NCBI GenBank assembly: GCA_010909165.1
Contig: VJWM01000068.1
Location: forward strand, 372,001 to 436,000
DNA length: 64,000 nucleotides
From: Anthoceros angustus
Taxonomy: Eukaryota; Plantae; Anthocerotophyta
Direction: 5' to 3'
Position numbers and translations under genes: made by a program
Shown here: in pieces, positions 46,509-59,860 of the stretch
Position numbering within the stretch: position 1 is the first letter of the stretch
How the letters are laid out: every line of letters begins with the position of its first letter
The notes under the pieces: generated by a model
Seen by the model: the letters and a program-made list of their open reading frames with translations, nothing else
Database searches by the model: none
What the model was told of the DNA's origin: nothing

Positions 46509-49500
46509 ATGTCTTGCGTCAAGGCCAACATGATTCAGCAGGGAACTGTGCCTCCCGTGCACATATATAAGGACTTGTTGGAGACATGCATGAAAAGGAG
46601 GGACCTTGCTGAAGCCAAGTTCGTTTATGCTGATTTGGCGAAACATGGATTGGAATCCAACAGCTTTCTGAGCGATCTCCTGGTGACCACTCTAGTCAAG
46701 TGTGGGGGTTTTGAGGATGGGCTACAAGTATTTGAAAGGTTGTCCCAACGAACAGTGTTCTCTTGGACAGCGATTATTTCAGGGTATTGCAATGCTGGAC
46801 AGTACCAGGAGGCCCTCTCCTGCTATGATCAAATGCTCCAGGAAAGAGTCAAACCCAATAACTATACATTTGTAAGTTTGCTGAAAGCATGCGCCAGGTT
46901 AAGGGACTTGGACACAGGCAAGCGCATACATGCTGATGCTTTCAAGCATGGATATGCATCAGACCTGTTTGTGAGGAGTGCTTTGGTCACAATGTATGCC
47001 AAGTGCGGGAACACACGGGAGGCGCAGCAAGTGTTTGATGAACTGCCCCAACGGAATGTGGTTTTGTGGAACGCAATGCTTTCAGCTTACTCCCAGCAGG
47101 ACCAAGGAGAAACAGCCTTGCAGATCTACTGTCAAATGCAAGAAGAGGGGGTTGTCCCAAATGCGCGGACCTTTGTCAGCTGTCTGCAAGCCTGTGGTAA
47201 CCTTGCAGAAAGGGAGGAGAGCATGCTAGTTGATGGCCGAAATGTGAACGTTGAGGCTCTGAAGCTGGGCAGAGAGATACATGCGAGAGCTGTGAGCATG
47301 GGGTGTGATTCAGACATCTTTGTTGGAAACACCTTGGTTAGCATGTATGCGAAGTGTGGTAGTATTGAGGAGGCGGAGGATGTTTTTCAGAAATTATCCT
47401 GGCGCGATGTGGTGTCATGGACCGTGATGATAGCCGCACGTGTGCAGCAGAACGAATGTGAGAAGGCGCTGGACATGTTCTGGCAGATGCCAGCGCTAGG
47501 GATCATGCCCGAAGGTCGAACTTTTGTCAGTGCATTACAGGCATGTGGCAACCTTGCAGATCAGGAGGAATGTGCTTCTGTGGATGGCGGAAATGTGAAG
47601 GTGGATTGCTTGCAAAAAGTGAGGAAAATACATGCTATGGCAACGGATAGGGGTTTGCACTCTGATTCGTTCCTTGGTAGCACGTTGATCAGTACGTATG
47701 GTAAGTGTGGGAGCATGAAGGATGCCGAACAAGTGTTTGGCATGTTGCAGAAGGATGTGGTGTCGTGGACTGCCATGATTGCAGCATGTGCGCAGCAGGA
47801 CCAAGGAGAAAGGGCCTTGGAGATCTACAGTCAAATGCAAGAGGCGGGGTTCCTGCCTGGGGCCCGCACCCTTGTCAGTGCCCTCCAAGCATGTGGCAGC
47901 CTTGCAATCAAGGAGGACATTACAGTTGTTGATGGACAAAATGTGAAGGTGGAGTCCTTGCAAAAAGGGCAAGAAGTCCATGCTGCAGCCTACCAAATTG
48001 GTCTGCAGTCAGACAGATTTGTCTGTAACTCTCTGATTACGATGTATGCAAAGTGTGGCAGCTTAGGAAATGCAGCCCAAGTATTCAGCAGCTTGCACCA
48101 GCGTGATGTCGTGTCTTGGAATGCTATGATGGCAGCGTATGCTGATCAGACCCAAGGAGAGAGGGCCCTGCAGATCTATCAACAGATGCGAGAGGCAGGG
48201 ATGAGGCCAGATGCTCGGACCATGGTCTGTGCACTCCAAGCATGTGGGAGCCTCGCAGATAAAGAAGAAAGTATGGATGAGAAATATGTGAAAGAAGAGT
48301 CTTTGCATTTGGGAAAGGGATTACATGCTGATGCTTCGGAGCAGGGTTTGGCATTGGACGTATTTGTTGGTAGCACCGTAGTGAGTATGTATGCAAAATG
48401 TGGAAGCATCAAGGATGCGGAAGACATGTTTGAGAGACTTCCGCACCGCAATGCGGTCTCATGGACTGCCATGATTTCCGCGTACACTAAACAGGACCAA
48501 GGAGATAAAGCTTTGAAGCTTTACCAACAGATGCAAGAGGAAAAGGTCGTCCCAGATGCTCGAACCTTTGTTAGTGCTCTCCAAGCCTGCAGTCTGATTG
48601 CTGAAAAAGAGAAAACTGTCTTTGTTGATGGGCAGACTGTGAAGGCGGGTCTACTCCAACAGGTGAGGAAAATACATGCTGAAGCTGTGAGCAGGGGTTG
48701 TGGTACAGATACATTTGTCGCTAGTACACTGGTAAACACGTATGCAAAGTGTGGCAGCATCAAGGATGCACAGCAGGTGTTTGATCGCTTGTCGCAGCGT
48801 AATGTGGTGTCATGGACTGGCATGATTGCCGCATTTGTTGAGCTGGGTCATGGAGACAAAGCTGTGCAACTATTTGCCCAGATGCAGGCGGAAGGCGTGA
48901 GTCCCGACGAGGCCACCTACCTTTCCATCCTGAAGGCTTGCAACACTACAGGAGCTCTGAACAACTGTCTGCAGACCCACCAGAGTATTATTGACACTGG
49001 AGTAGAGTGCACTCTTTGGATGGCAACTAGTCTCATCCACGCATATGGGAAATGTGGAAGCATGGTGGATGCTCAAAGTGTGTTTGACTCTCTCCTTCGC
49101 CCCAACTTAATGGCATGGAACGCACTATTAGCTTCATATTCCCGACTCGGGAATTGGGAGCATAGTGTGCAATGCTATGAAAAAATGCGTGTGGCAGGAG
49201 TGCAACCAGATGGAGTGACATTCCTGGCATTAGTTTCCGCATGCAGTCATGCTGGCATGGTGGACAAGGGGCTGGAGTATTTTGAAACCATGACCAGGGA
49301 CCTTGCCATCCCCCGCAGCTGGAGCACTTCGCCTGTGTGATCGACCTTGTCGCTCGGGCAGGACTCTTCGGCAAGACAGAAGACCTTCTGGCACAGATGC
49401 CCATGCAGCCCAACCTGCCAGTATGGCTGTGTGTGCTAAGCGCCTGCAGGAAGCATAACTATGTGTCTCTAGGAAGGAGAGCCTTCGACGCCGCTTACGC

Positions 49501-49765
49501 CTTAGAACCCAACCACGCTGCTGCATATGGACTCATGTCAAGCATCTACGCCGATGCTGGCATGCCGGACTCTGCAGAGCAGATAGACAGCTTGAGACAC
49601 CATGCAGTTTCTTGGAAGGAGCCTGGCCGAAGCTGGATCGAGCATGCCCAAGAAGTCCACACATTTGTGGTGGGAGATGCCAGGCACGTCCAGGCAGCCC
49701 GGTTGAAAGAGCTGGTGCGACACCTTAGCGCAAGAATAAGACAGCGTTTTCCCATAGAAATTTGA
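46509..49765 (+). CDS. PLS-class PPR protein with long-insertion (LL-like) motifs, E/E+, no DYW; one frameshift at ~49311
   Basis: ORFs 46509-49340 and 49337-49765 join as LAIPPQLEHFACVIDL if one C is added to the C run at 49310-49314. Ends WKEPGRSWIEHAQEVHTFVVGD. The N-terminus is uncertain. Confidence 0.88.
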
Positions 49766-49897
49766 TTCCGAGGGATAAGAGCTGTTTGGACTTCGCAGTG
49801 CCACGTGAGCTTCGCCTTCGTCACGCCACCCGTCCAGGCTTGTCCACCTTCCTACATCCCGCCTCCGCTTCTTGCCCTTACCAGCTCAAATGTCTTC

Positions 49898-50669
49898 ATG
49901 GCCAGAATGTCTTTCTTCATCGCTGCACTTCTTGCGCTCCTGCCTCTCTCCCAGGTCTGCTCGGCCTCATCTCTGGAAGAACCCTCCTACACAGTTGTAA
50001 GCGTACAAAGCGATGGCGCGCTGGAGATTCGGCGATACCAGGACTCCGTGTGGATATCAACCGCGGCCTTGGAGGAAGTCTCTTTCGTGCGGGCCACCTC
50101 TTTTGGAATGGAAAAGTGAGCAACCTGACAATCCTCATCCTCTGCTGAGCTAACCTCTTCATCGCTCTTTGCTTTGCATCCTGACAACATTGCTTCCGGT
50201 ATCGCATTTCAGGCTGGTGCAGTACATCCAGGGAGAGAACGCCGGCCAGTACCAAATCCCGATGACGGTGCCAGTCCTGACGGGGATCAAGCCATCCGAC
50301 GGCCCTTTCTGCGCCACGGCATTCACAATCCGCTTCTTCGTTCCTAGGGACTTCCAGTCGGATCCGCCTGCTCCACAGCCCGAGCTTCACCTTGGGGTCG
50401 AGAGGTGGGGGAAGCAGTGCTTCGCAGTGAGAAGCTTCTCAGGGTTCGCAGATGATGCAAACGTCGCGCGCGAGGCTGCTCGGCTGGCGGATTCCTTGAA
50501 GGGCTCAAAGTGGGCCGCCTCTCTTGCGGCCAACAGCGACGACGAGTATATCATCGCGCAGTACAACGCTCCTTGGGAAAGTACTGGGAGGCGAAATGAA
50601 GTGTGGATGAAAATCACATCTGCTGGTGGGGACTGCTTGTCTCAGTTATCCTCGGCGACTGCCTTGTAA
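49898..50669 (+). CDS. SOUL heme-binding family protein with signal peptide; exons 49898-50115 and 50213-50669
   Basis: Hydrophobic leader, EEPSYTVV..LEIRRY, LVQYIQGEN..IPMTVPV, AVRSFSG, AQYNAPW..RRNEVW. Phase-2 GT-AG intron. Confidence 0.9.
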
Positions 50670-51179
50670 CACACTAGTAGTCCGTCTTGAAATTGTGAAT
50701 TTTCAGTCGTTTTACAAGACAGCATAATAAATATATCAAAATAAGTTAACTTTTTAAAAGTTTGATATATATATTAATATATATTACAATACCTCTGAAA
50801 ACTAATTAGGTAGGTGATCGGTCACCTGCAATAATATTGGAGATGCTATTTTTGCGTCAAGAGGAAGAAGAAAAATTTAATTATAGTTGAAAGAACACAA
50901 GAAGAATCCTATGACTTGCAAGAAGACCACATTTGCAAAGCTATGCTACTCCATTTATCTTATGTACTACGTTTGATTAGCTTTAAAATCTTCATGGCAA
51001 ATAAGGAGTACCTAATATATTTATTTATAATTTATAATTTAATAAATAATATACAATAAATGAAACCAAAGAACAAAAGAACAGAGTAAGTTTGGACTAT
51101 GTATATTGTTCTCTATTTATCTATCCATGTAATCTAGATAATATTCTTATTTGGATTAGGCCTGGTTATAGAGGTGGGA

Positions 51180-52094
51180 TAAGTCTGGTTTGGTTTCAAG
51201 GTAAAGTCGATAACCTTGTGTCCAGCCCACTTCCGTCATTTTCTTGGCTCTCAGGGACAAAAGCCTGGAATAAGAAGCTTGTAAAGCCAAAGGTATTCCT
51301 ATCCCCTTGACTTTTGACAGTGAGCTGCTGCATACTTCTGTAGTGCTCCATATGCTCACTTAGTTGCCCTTCCCTGTTCCAGCTGGTCCCGGAACAAGAG
51401 CAAGAGGGACAGGTATTTCCAGTTCCAGAATGGATGAGCTTCTGTCGCGAGTTTCTGAACTGGAAGGCAAGATAACAGGTCCCTCAATTACAGGTCATTA
51501 GGCACCTACCGGAGCAAATGTTTCAGGGGTTGCTGTTGGCTCATTTGGAAGCGGTGGTGGTTCCCATGAAGGTAATGGGAATGGCAATGGTTGCAATGGT
51601 CATGCCCTGGCTCTCAATAATGCTGGGGACCACCAGCAACTGACTCAAGTATGGTCGACGAGGTCTACTCCCTCCCCTCCCCTCCCCTCCCCCCTTTCCA
51701 TTGAGCATTCCTTCTCGCTGATTACTATGTCGGGCTGGACACCCGTGTCACGTCTGCAGGTGAAGTTACTTGCCAGAGGCCAGCGTCACATTACCACCCA
51801 GCTTGATTTATTGAGTTCCATCCTGCGGGACAATCTTACACATCCTAACTTGCCGAAGAAGAACGAAAGAGGCCGTTGGGAATGTTTGTTCGGGAGCATG
51901 AAAACCAGCAACTCTGGCCTTGCCACTGCTTCAGCAGCCATTTGGTGTAGGGCTCACCAGTTTGGTTGCCCTGGTGGTGGCACAGACACTGAAGAGGTGT
52001 GATTGAAACAAGCTCTGAAGAGGGTCTACTACACCTGTGTAACGTGAGTCGGGTACTGGCTCCATGGAACAGTGTGATCTAACGGAGTCACTAT

Positions 52095-52110
<16 letters not shown>
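51180..52110 (+). pseudogene. Duplicated 3' fragment of the TTM gene with introns retained, two internal deletions, stops and frameshifts
   Basis: Matches 23840-25236 piecewise, with jumps at ~51208 and ~51425. VKLLARGQRHITTQLDLL is retained and the TM tail is frameshifted. Confidence 0.88.
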
Positions 52111-53612
<1,502 letters not shown>

Positions 53613-54010
53613 CTATAGAGTTACATTTCGTCTGGTTCCCCCTTAGAGTAGATAGTTTGGTGTCTGCAAAATAGCGAAGGAGAACGCCTGACGTCCGCCA
53701 TGCCTTCCACTCTGTGTAGACTTGCTGAACAGGCTGGGTTGCTACTAACGTCCGTCCACTGTGCCTGCTTTGTGACTGTAGGCTGACCTACCATTTGCAT
53801 CTGCATGTGCTCATCATCCTGAATCGCCTGAATGCATCAGCATTACCGTACGCGTATAGCAGCCAGATCATGTGTGCCAGATACTGACAGATACGAGTGA
53901 TGCATGTGTATGAGTCCGTGTGGCCCATCCTCACCATTGTATGTATGTGTGTGTGGATATATGCGAAACCCCGTTAGTCGTGAGCAGACTTAACAATACC
54001 GAGGACCTGA

Positions 54011-54418
54011 AAGCAAAGCAAGTGACGCAGATGCTAGGAAAGCATAATCCTGTTGTGGAACGGCAATTGCAGCCACAACAGCCCACAGCGGCATCACCGG
54101 AGACAGTGAAGCAAAGCAAGTGACGCAGATGTTGGTTAAGCATAATCCTGTTGTGGAAAGGCAATTGCAGCCACAACAGCCCACAGCGGCATCACCGGAG
54201 ACAGTGAAGCAAAGCAAGTGACGCAGATGTTGGTTAAGCATAATCCTGTTGTGGAAAGGCAATTGCAGCCACAACAGCCCACAGCGGCATCACCGCAAAC
54301 ACTGTCTCCGTTACAATTGGAGCAGAAAGATTGCTGGGAAAGCATAATCCTGTTGTGGAAAGGCAATTGCAGCCACAACAGCCCACAGCGTCATCACCGC
54401 AAACACTGTCTCCGTTAC
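54011..54418. repeat. 98-bp tandem array (three copies plus a partial copy)
   Basis: agcaagtgacgcagatg..aagcataatcctgttgtggaa.ggcaattgcagccacaacagcccacagcggcatcacc at about 54017, 54115 and 54213, partial at 54341. Confidence 0.9.
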
Positions 54419-54445
54419 ATACATGAACGCATTCACACTACTCAC

Positions 54446-55313
54446 AGCAACCAACAACCAACTCCATTCAAAAGAATTCCTCGAGACTCCTCCAATTCAC
54501 TGGTGGACACCAATTCTATTTCAGCGGAAACCCCTGACTGCCAATATAGAAATAAAGCCCTGAGTACGAAGCTCCCTCGTGTTCAGCTCCCCAGCCCTGA
54601 TGAAGAATCGCACCACCTGCACCAAATTAGACGTGCCACAAGCTATAGGGGGCGAGCCTGCAAACTCACATCCTCTTCACAATTCTGATGCGTGACTCCT
54701 TGGCCAGCCCCGACCTCCAGTCCGCGCTACCGTTTCCATCGCCGCCTGCGTCCATGGCGGGAAAACTCGGCCTCGCAGGCAAACTCGTCGCCAGCCACAC
54801 TGCAAATCCTTCGCAGCACCAACTCTCCTTCTTCGCTCTAAGAGAAATCTCTTAATTTTCTAAAAAATCATTTCTTACTAGATAATAAAAATTACCCTAA
54901 ACATACGATTTACAAATACAAGGCTTCTCTTTTGGCTCTGGTTTATTTAAATACAAATGTGCCACTTCCGGGCTCATAGAGCGAAGCAGAAGAGTTGGTG
55001 CTGCCAAGGATTGGTAGTGTGGCCGGCGAAGGCTTGAGCTCAAAGTTGGCCGCCATGGATGCAGGCGGCGATGGAAACGACTGGCCAAGGAGTCACTCCA
55101 AGAGGCTGTGAGTTTGGCTCGCCCCCTCTAGGTTGTGCCATAGTCTGATTTGGTGCAGGTGGTGCGATTCTTCATCAGGGCCGGGGAGCAGAACACGAGG
55201 GAGCTTCGTACTATGTTGTCCGTTAGGGGTTCCGCTGAAATAGAATTGGTTTCCACCAGTGAATTGGAGGAGTCTGGAGGAATTCTTCTGAATGGGATTA
55301 GTTGTTGGTTGCA
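54446..55313. repeat. Long imperfect inverted repeat (arms ~54446-54842 and ~54977-55313, AT-rich spacer)
   Basis: For example ccctgatgaagaatcgcaccacctgcaccaaat / atttggtgcaggtggtgcgattcttcatcaggg, and ccaattctatttcagcggaa / ttccgctgaaatagaattgg. Confidence 0.9.
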
Positions 55314-55703
55314 GAAAGGAAACTCTGCAGAGGCACACGCTCGCGGAAGGTCAGGAGAGGACGAGCGAATTGCTTAATTCTGCTCCCAGGTGCCGAGGTC
55401 AGCCTCCTGCTGACGGAGGAATGGCAGGAGAAATTTCCCAAGGTGGTGACCCAGGTAAGAGGGGGAGGCTATTGGGGAGGGCGCATGGAGTGGTGTGGTT
55501 CAAGTAGCTTACTGTCCATCTCTCGTTGCCTTATTTCTGATTCAATTGCGCTGTGTTGAACAGGTTGGATGGGTATACTGAGGAACCAAACTCATCCGTC
55601 GGCAGGCAGGTCTCAGGCTGCACAGAGCGCCCTGGCGACCACGTCTGTCCCACATCTTGCGCAGAGTACTTCACTTGATCTGGCGCACCTGCGTCTTCAG
55701 CGT

Positions 55704-55960
55704 CAGGAACAGCAGCGGCAGCTGGAGCAGCAGCATCAGCAGTCACTGCTGCTACAACAGCGCATGTACGACAGCGGCAGCGGCAGCCGCCTCAGCCCTT
55801 GCAGCAGCGTCAACAGTAACAGCAATAGCAACAGCAACCGCAGCAGCGTCAACAGTAACAGCAATAGCAACAGCAGCAGCGTCAACAGTAACAGCAATAG
55901 CAACAGCAGGAGCAGCAGATGCTGCTCCAGCACCCGCGGCAGCCACTGCTAAAGCAGCAA
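55704..55960. repeat. CAG/AAC-rich low-complexity tract with three 33-39-bp units
   Basis: gcagcagcgtcaacagtaacagcaatagcaacagca occurs three times. Confidence 0.85.
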
Positions 55961-56439
55961 AGCAACATCCAGATCCACATACTTGGCAGCAGCAGCCGGT
56001 CGTGGATCAATTGTGTCCCACCTAGCTCAATAGCAAAATGTTTTGAACTTCAGGGCATGCTGATCTGAGAGATTCGTTCTCGTTCTGTTGAACCGAGGGC
56101 TTGGATAAACCTGGTCTCCAAAGATCCACTGTGACATCTTTGTGAACGGTAACGGCCCAGATCGAATGGCGCCTTTCGGATCGGTGCAGCTCGTGTTTGA
56201 CCAACATTCCTCGCAGCTCCCTCATCTGTTTTTGCAGCGGGTTACCGATACCGGAGCCGCCGGTCGCCCGGTTACCAGGACGTGCGTCCCTGGCCAGGGT
56301 AAAACAGCGAGACAGCGGAGTTGCAGTCCGGTCACTGTGGCCATCGTTCTGTCGGAAGATTGTGAAAGCCTGTCGGAACCGCTCGCTGTTGGACGACTTC
56401 GCAGGTGGCAGTCACAGACAGAGAAAGCTGCGTAGACAA

Positions 56440-56830
56440 CTGTGTCCTGCCCGCAGATGAATGAGCCCTTCGTGTCTACGGTGCTATGCATGATATTGAG
56501 GGCATGGCTGCACCCAATTCTCATACATTCGTCGGTACCCTGGCTGTGGTGAAGGTGCAGCAGCGTCATGCACAGATGAGGGAACAAGGAGATGACGCGG
56601 ATGGGTTTTGTAGCCACCAGCTTGATAAACACGGATGCAAAATGTGGCAGCTTGAAGGACGCTCATGATCAGAGGGTGTGTGACAGACCAGGTCAACAGA
56701 ATGTGGTGACATGGAATGCCAGGGTCGTAGCAGGGCATTCCCTGCCGGGTATGAGGCTGTAAGCTCTGCAGTGCTATGGAAGGTGGTGGTATGGCAGTGC
56801 CCAATTCTGGGAGCATGAGGCCCCTCGTCT
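56440..56830 (+). pseudogene. Degenerate PLS-PPR fragment
   Basis: Frameshifted FVATSLINTDAKCGSLKDA..NVVTWNA and PNSHTFV motifs. Confidence 0.65.
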
Positions 56831-57433
56831 GTACAGCCGTGGGTAGCAGTTTGGCATGGCTGTACAGGCTTTACATCCAGAGAAGCGACTCTTGATGCCG
56901 TCTTTTGTGAGGATGGCAAGAGCTTTGAACAGTGACTGATGTTAGAGGTTAACGAATTTCCGACATTCGAAAAGCTTGGCACTGTCTCCACTGCTGAAGC
57001 TCATGCAATCCCTTGAACTATCTAATTGAGAAGGGGATAAGGATGCCTGTTGAGCTAAGGCCACCATTTACAGCCTCATCTTGTGAGAACTGGCAAGTAT
57101 GAGTACAATCTTGCATAGACAGACAACAAGATATATGATCGAAACAGACCTCAAAATAAGTGAAGAGGCAACGGAGGACGCTGCAGCTGAAGCGAATTCA
57201 ATGGGATTGTTGTTACCTGTATATACCGAGGGATTGCTGGGGTAGACAAATGGCAACCCTTGGTTCGAATTGGTCCGTTGCGCAACTATTGAAATGAAAT
57301 CATTTTTGCAGGAGATTGTGAGCGTTCTTGAGAATCTTTGGCTTCTACCCGGAGAAGCCTCCTACTCTTTGGCCAGAGAGGACTCCAGATTACACAGTCA
57401 GGTGGTGATTGCTTTCCAAACTTTTCTTTTCAA

Positions 57434-59109
57434 AGTCCTTGACAAATGTGTGAAGCTGATGAAGCTCTAGCTTTCCTTTTGGCAGCAATCCTTTTCACAT
57501 TTCTGCTCGCGACAAGTTGAATGCAATGCCGCGGACTCTGTCGGAGCCTCTGACTGTCAGCTATATCGAAAGACTACGGAACCGATGCTCTTGAGATGCT
57601 GCCCACGAGATGATTCTGATGAGACGAGCGGCGATGAGTCCGAGAAATCCAATGCATTCGAATCAGCAGCTACAGTCTGGGAACCATTCGTTGGTTTATT
57701 TGACATGACGCCTGGTTAGCTTCCAAAGCAAACCCTTGAACTTTTCAGCAGTCTCGACAGGGTAGGGACTGCGTAATATAACATTATTTTGGATCTTATC
57801 CTCCTAGGATCCTGCATTCCTAACATTCCAGTGTCATCACGATTGTACCCAAGTGAAGAGCAGCAACGGATTCCTGAAGTTCGAAGCTGGGTACTTGGTG
57901 GTCTACGATTATGGCTTGTTGTGGCTGTTCATATCTAGACTAACATCATCTTCGAACACGGTGCTTTTCATTGGACACAAATGGTATCAGTGTAGATATC
58001 TAGACTATTCGATTTGGTAGAAGGATGAACCCCGGGGCAAGACCCGCATAAATTATATTAACTAAAAGATATATATTTATAGATACTTAGAGTTATATAA
58101 TATAATATAATAAAAACTCTAATATAGCGATCTCATGTCTGGTGTGATTCTGAAAATACATGAACCATGTGTGATAAAAGAACAATACTATGAAGCTCAT
58201 ATTTATTAGCTTTTCTTTCAAAGAGAGTCATTAGTGTTTTTTGTATTAGCGGTCTTATCAATGGCCGACCAAGATACTTCGGGCACCTCGTCTGTGCCCG
58301 CGAACTTCCCTCTAGGAACACAAGAAGCGCATGGACTCCATGCAGATGCAGCTGGGGAGGAGACTGATGGAATTATCGGTATACAGGAGGTTATTCTATG
58401 AGAAAAAAGGAAGGTACGCATAATCAAACTAAATCAAGTAGTCCAAGTCTTGGTGGCATGGTTCCTCTAATTAAGGACGTGTGACTTGTTATGTATGCAA
58501 GATTGGAACCGAATGGGCTGGTTGCCACCGAAGTATGTATTCATTTCCGATGAGGAATCCTTTGAGTCAGGGGATTGAGACATCGTAGGATCTAGTGAAA
58601 GTAGTCCTGTGAACTGCTCCGTCGATGTTATGGATCGGTTAATTGCTGTGCAGCTTGCTCGCATCGATGTATTCAGCTGAATTAGATGACCCTTTGGGAG
58701 TATCAAATGATGAGACAATAGGAGAACAAAATACAGTGGGAATATCAAATAATGGGACGATAGGAGTGTTCCCCGATGGGTATCTCTTAAGGATCCGGAA
58801 AACCTTTTGGGGGTATGGAATGATGACCTTTTGGGGGTATGGAATGGTGGGACGATAGGAGAACGAAATATTCAATGAGCCGTGTTCACCAATCGATGTC
58901 CTTGACAAATGTGTGAAGCTGATGAAGCTCTAGCTTTTCTTTTGGCAGCAATCCTTTATCATTTCTGCTTGCGACAAATTGAATGCAATGCTGCGGACTC
59001 TGCTGGAGCCTTTGACTGTCAGCTGTGTCGGAAGACTACGGAACCGGTGCTCTTGGGATGCTGCCCACGAGATGATTCTGATGAGACGAGCGGCGATGAG
59101 TCCGAGAAA
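57434..59109. repeat. ~210-bp dispersed direct repeat (57434-57647 and 58899-59109)
   Basis: gtccttgacaaatgtgtgaagctgatgaagctctagc...gatgagtccgagaaa at both sites. Confidence 0.85.
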
Positions 59110-59111
59110 GT

Positions 59112-59860
59112 TGTCCTTCCTCCCAATCCTCATCTATATCCTATTTGTGGTATGAACCTCTCAAACTCCATCACTCGTGCCCTGAGATGCTTAAAATAAA
59201 CTACAAGTTAGTACCCTTCTAAAACTGCTTTGAGAAACAAGCGTGAATCCAATAAACTATAAGTTAATACCTATAGCATGTCCTTCTCCTCATGATAGAA
59301 CCTCCTTCGTATAAGGCTCGATGAGAGCACCATGGACATTGATTAGAACTGCGAGGAGAGCTCCCCCTCCTCCCAGTTCTCATGTATGTCCCATCGCGGT
59401 CTATCCTCATCAAACTCCAACACTCGCGCCCTGAAATGCTGTCAAATGAACTACAAGTTAGTACCTATCTAGCGTGTCCTCCTCCTCCTCCTCATGATAG
59501 AATCTCTTCCGTATAAGGCTCGATCAGAGCATCATGGACATTGATCAAAACTGGGAGGAGAGCTCCTCCTCCTCCCAATTCTCATATATGTCCCATTGCG
59601 GTCTGATCCTCTCCAAACTCCAACACTCGTGCCCTGAAATTCGTCAAATAAATTACAAGTTAATACCTATCTAAAACTGCTTGAAGAAACAATCATACAT
59701 CAAATAAACTATAAGTTAGTACCTTTATGAATTGGCTCCCCTCCTCCCAATTCTAGTCCATGTCTCATTGCGATCTGATTCTCCTCAAACTCCATCACTC
59801 GCACCCGGAGATGTCAAATAAATTATAAGCCTATCTAAAATGCTTTGAGAAATAAGCAAC
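59112..59860. repeat. Degenerate tandem array of four ~170-250-bp units
   Basis: cctcccaattctcat..caaactcca.cactcg.gccctga.atg..aaataaa.tacaagtta recurs at about 59115, 59365, 59565 and 59738. Confidence 0.75.

Noticed and set aside
46260-46532. Splice fusion of the two PPR ORFs into one protein
   Set aside because: The candidate donor and acceptor lead to a frame that stops at ~46532 and would need an extra frameshift; unsupported without transcripts.
55569-56025. Poly-Q/SN, poly-A and poly-L ORFs
   Set aside because: Translations of a trinucleotide-based low-complexity repeat.
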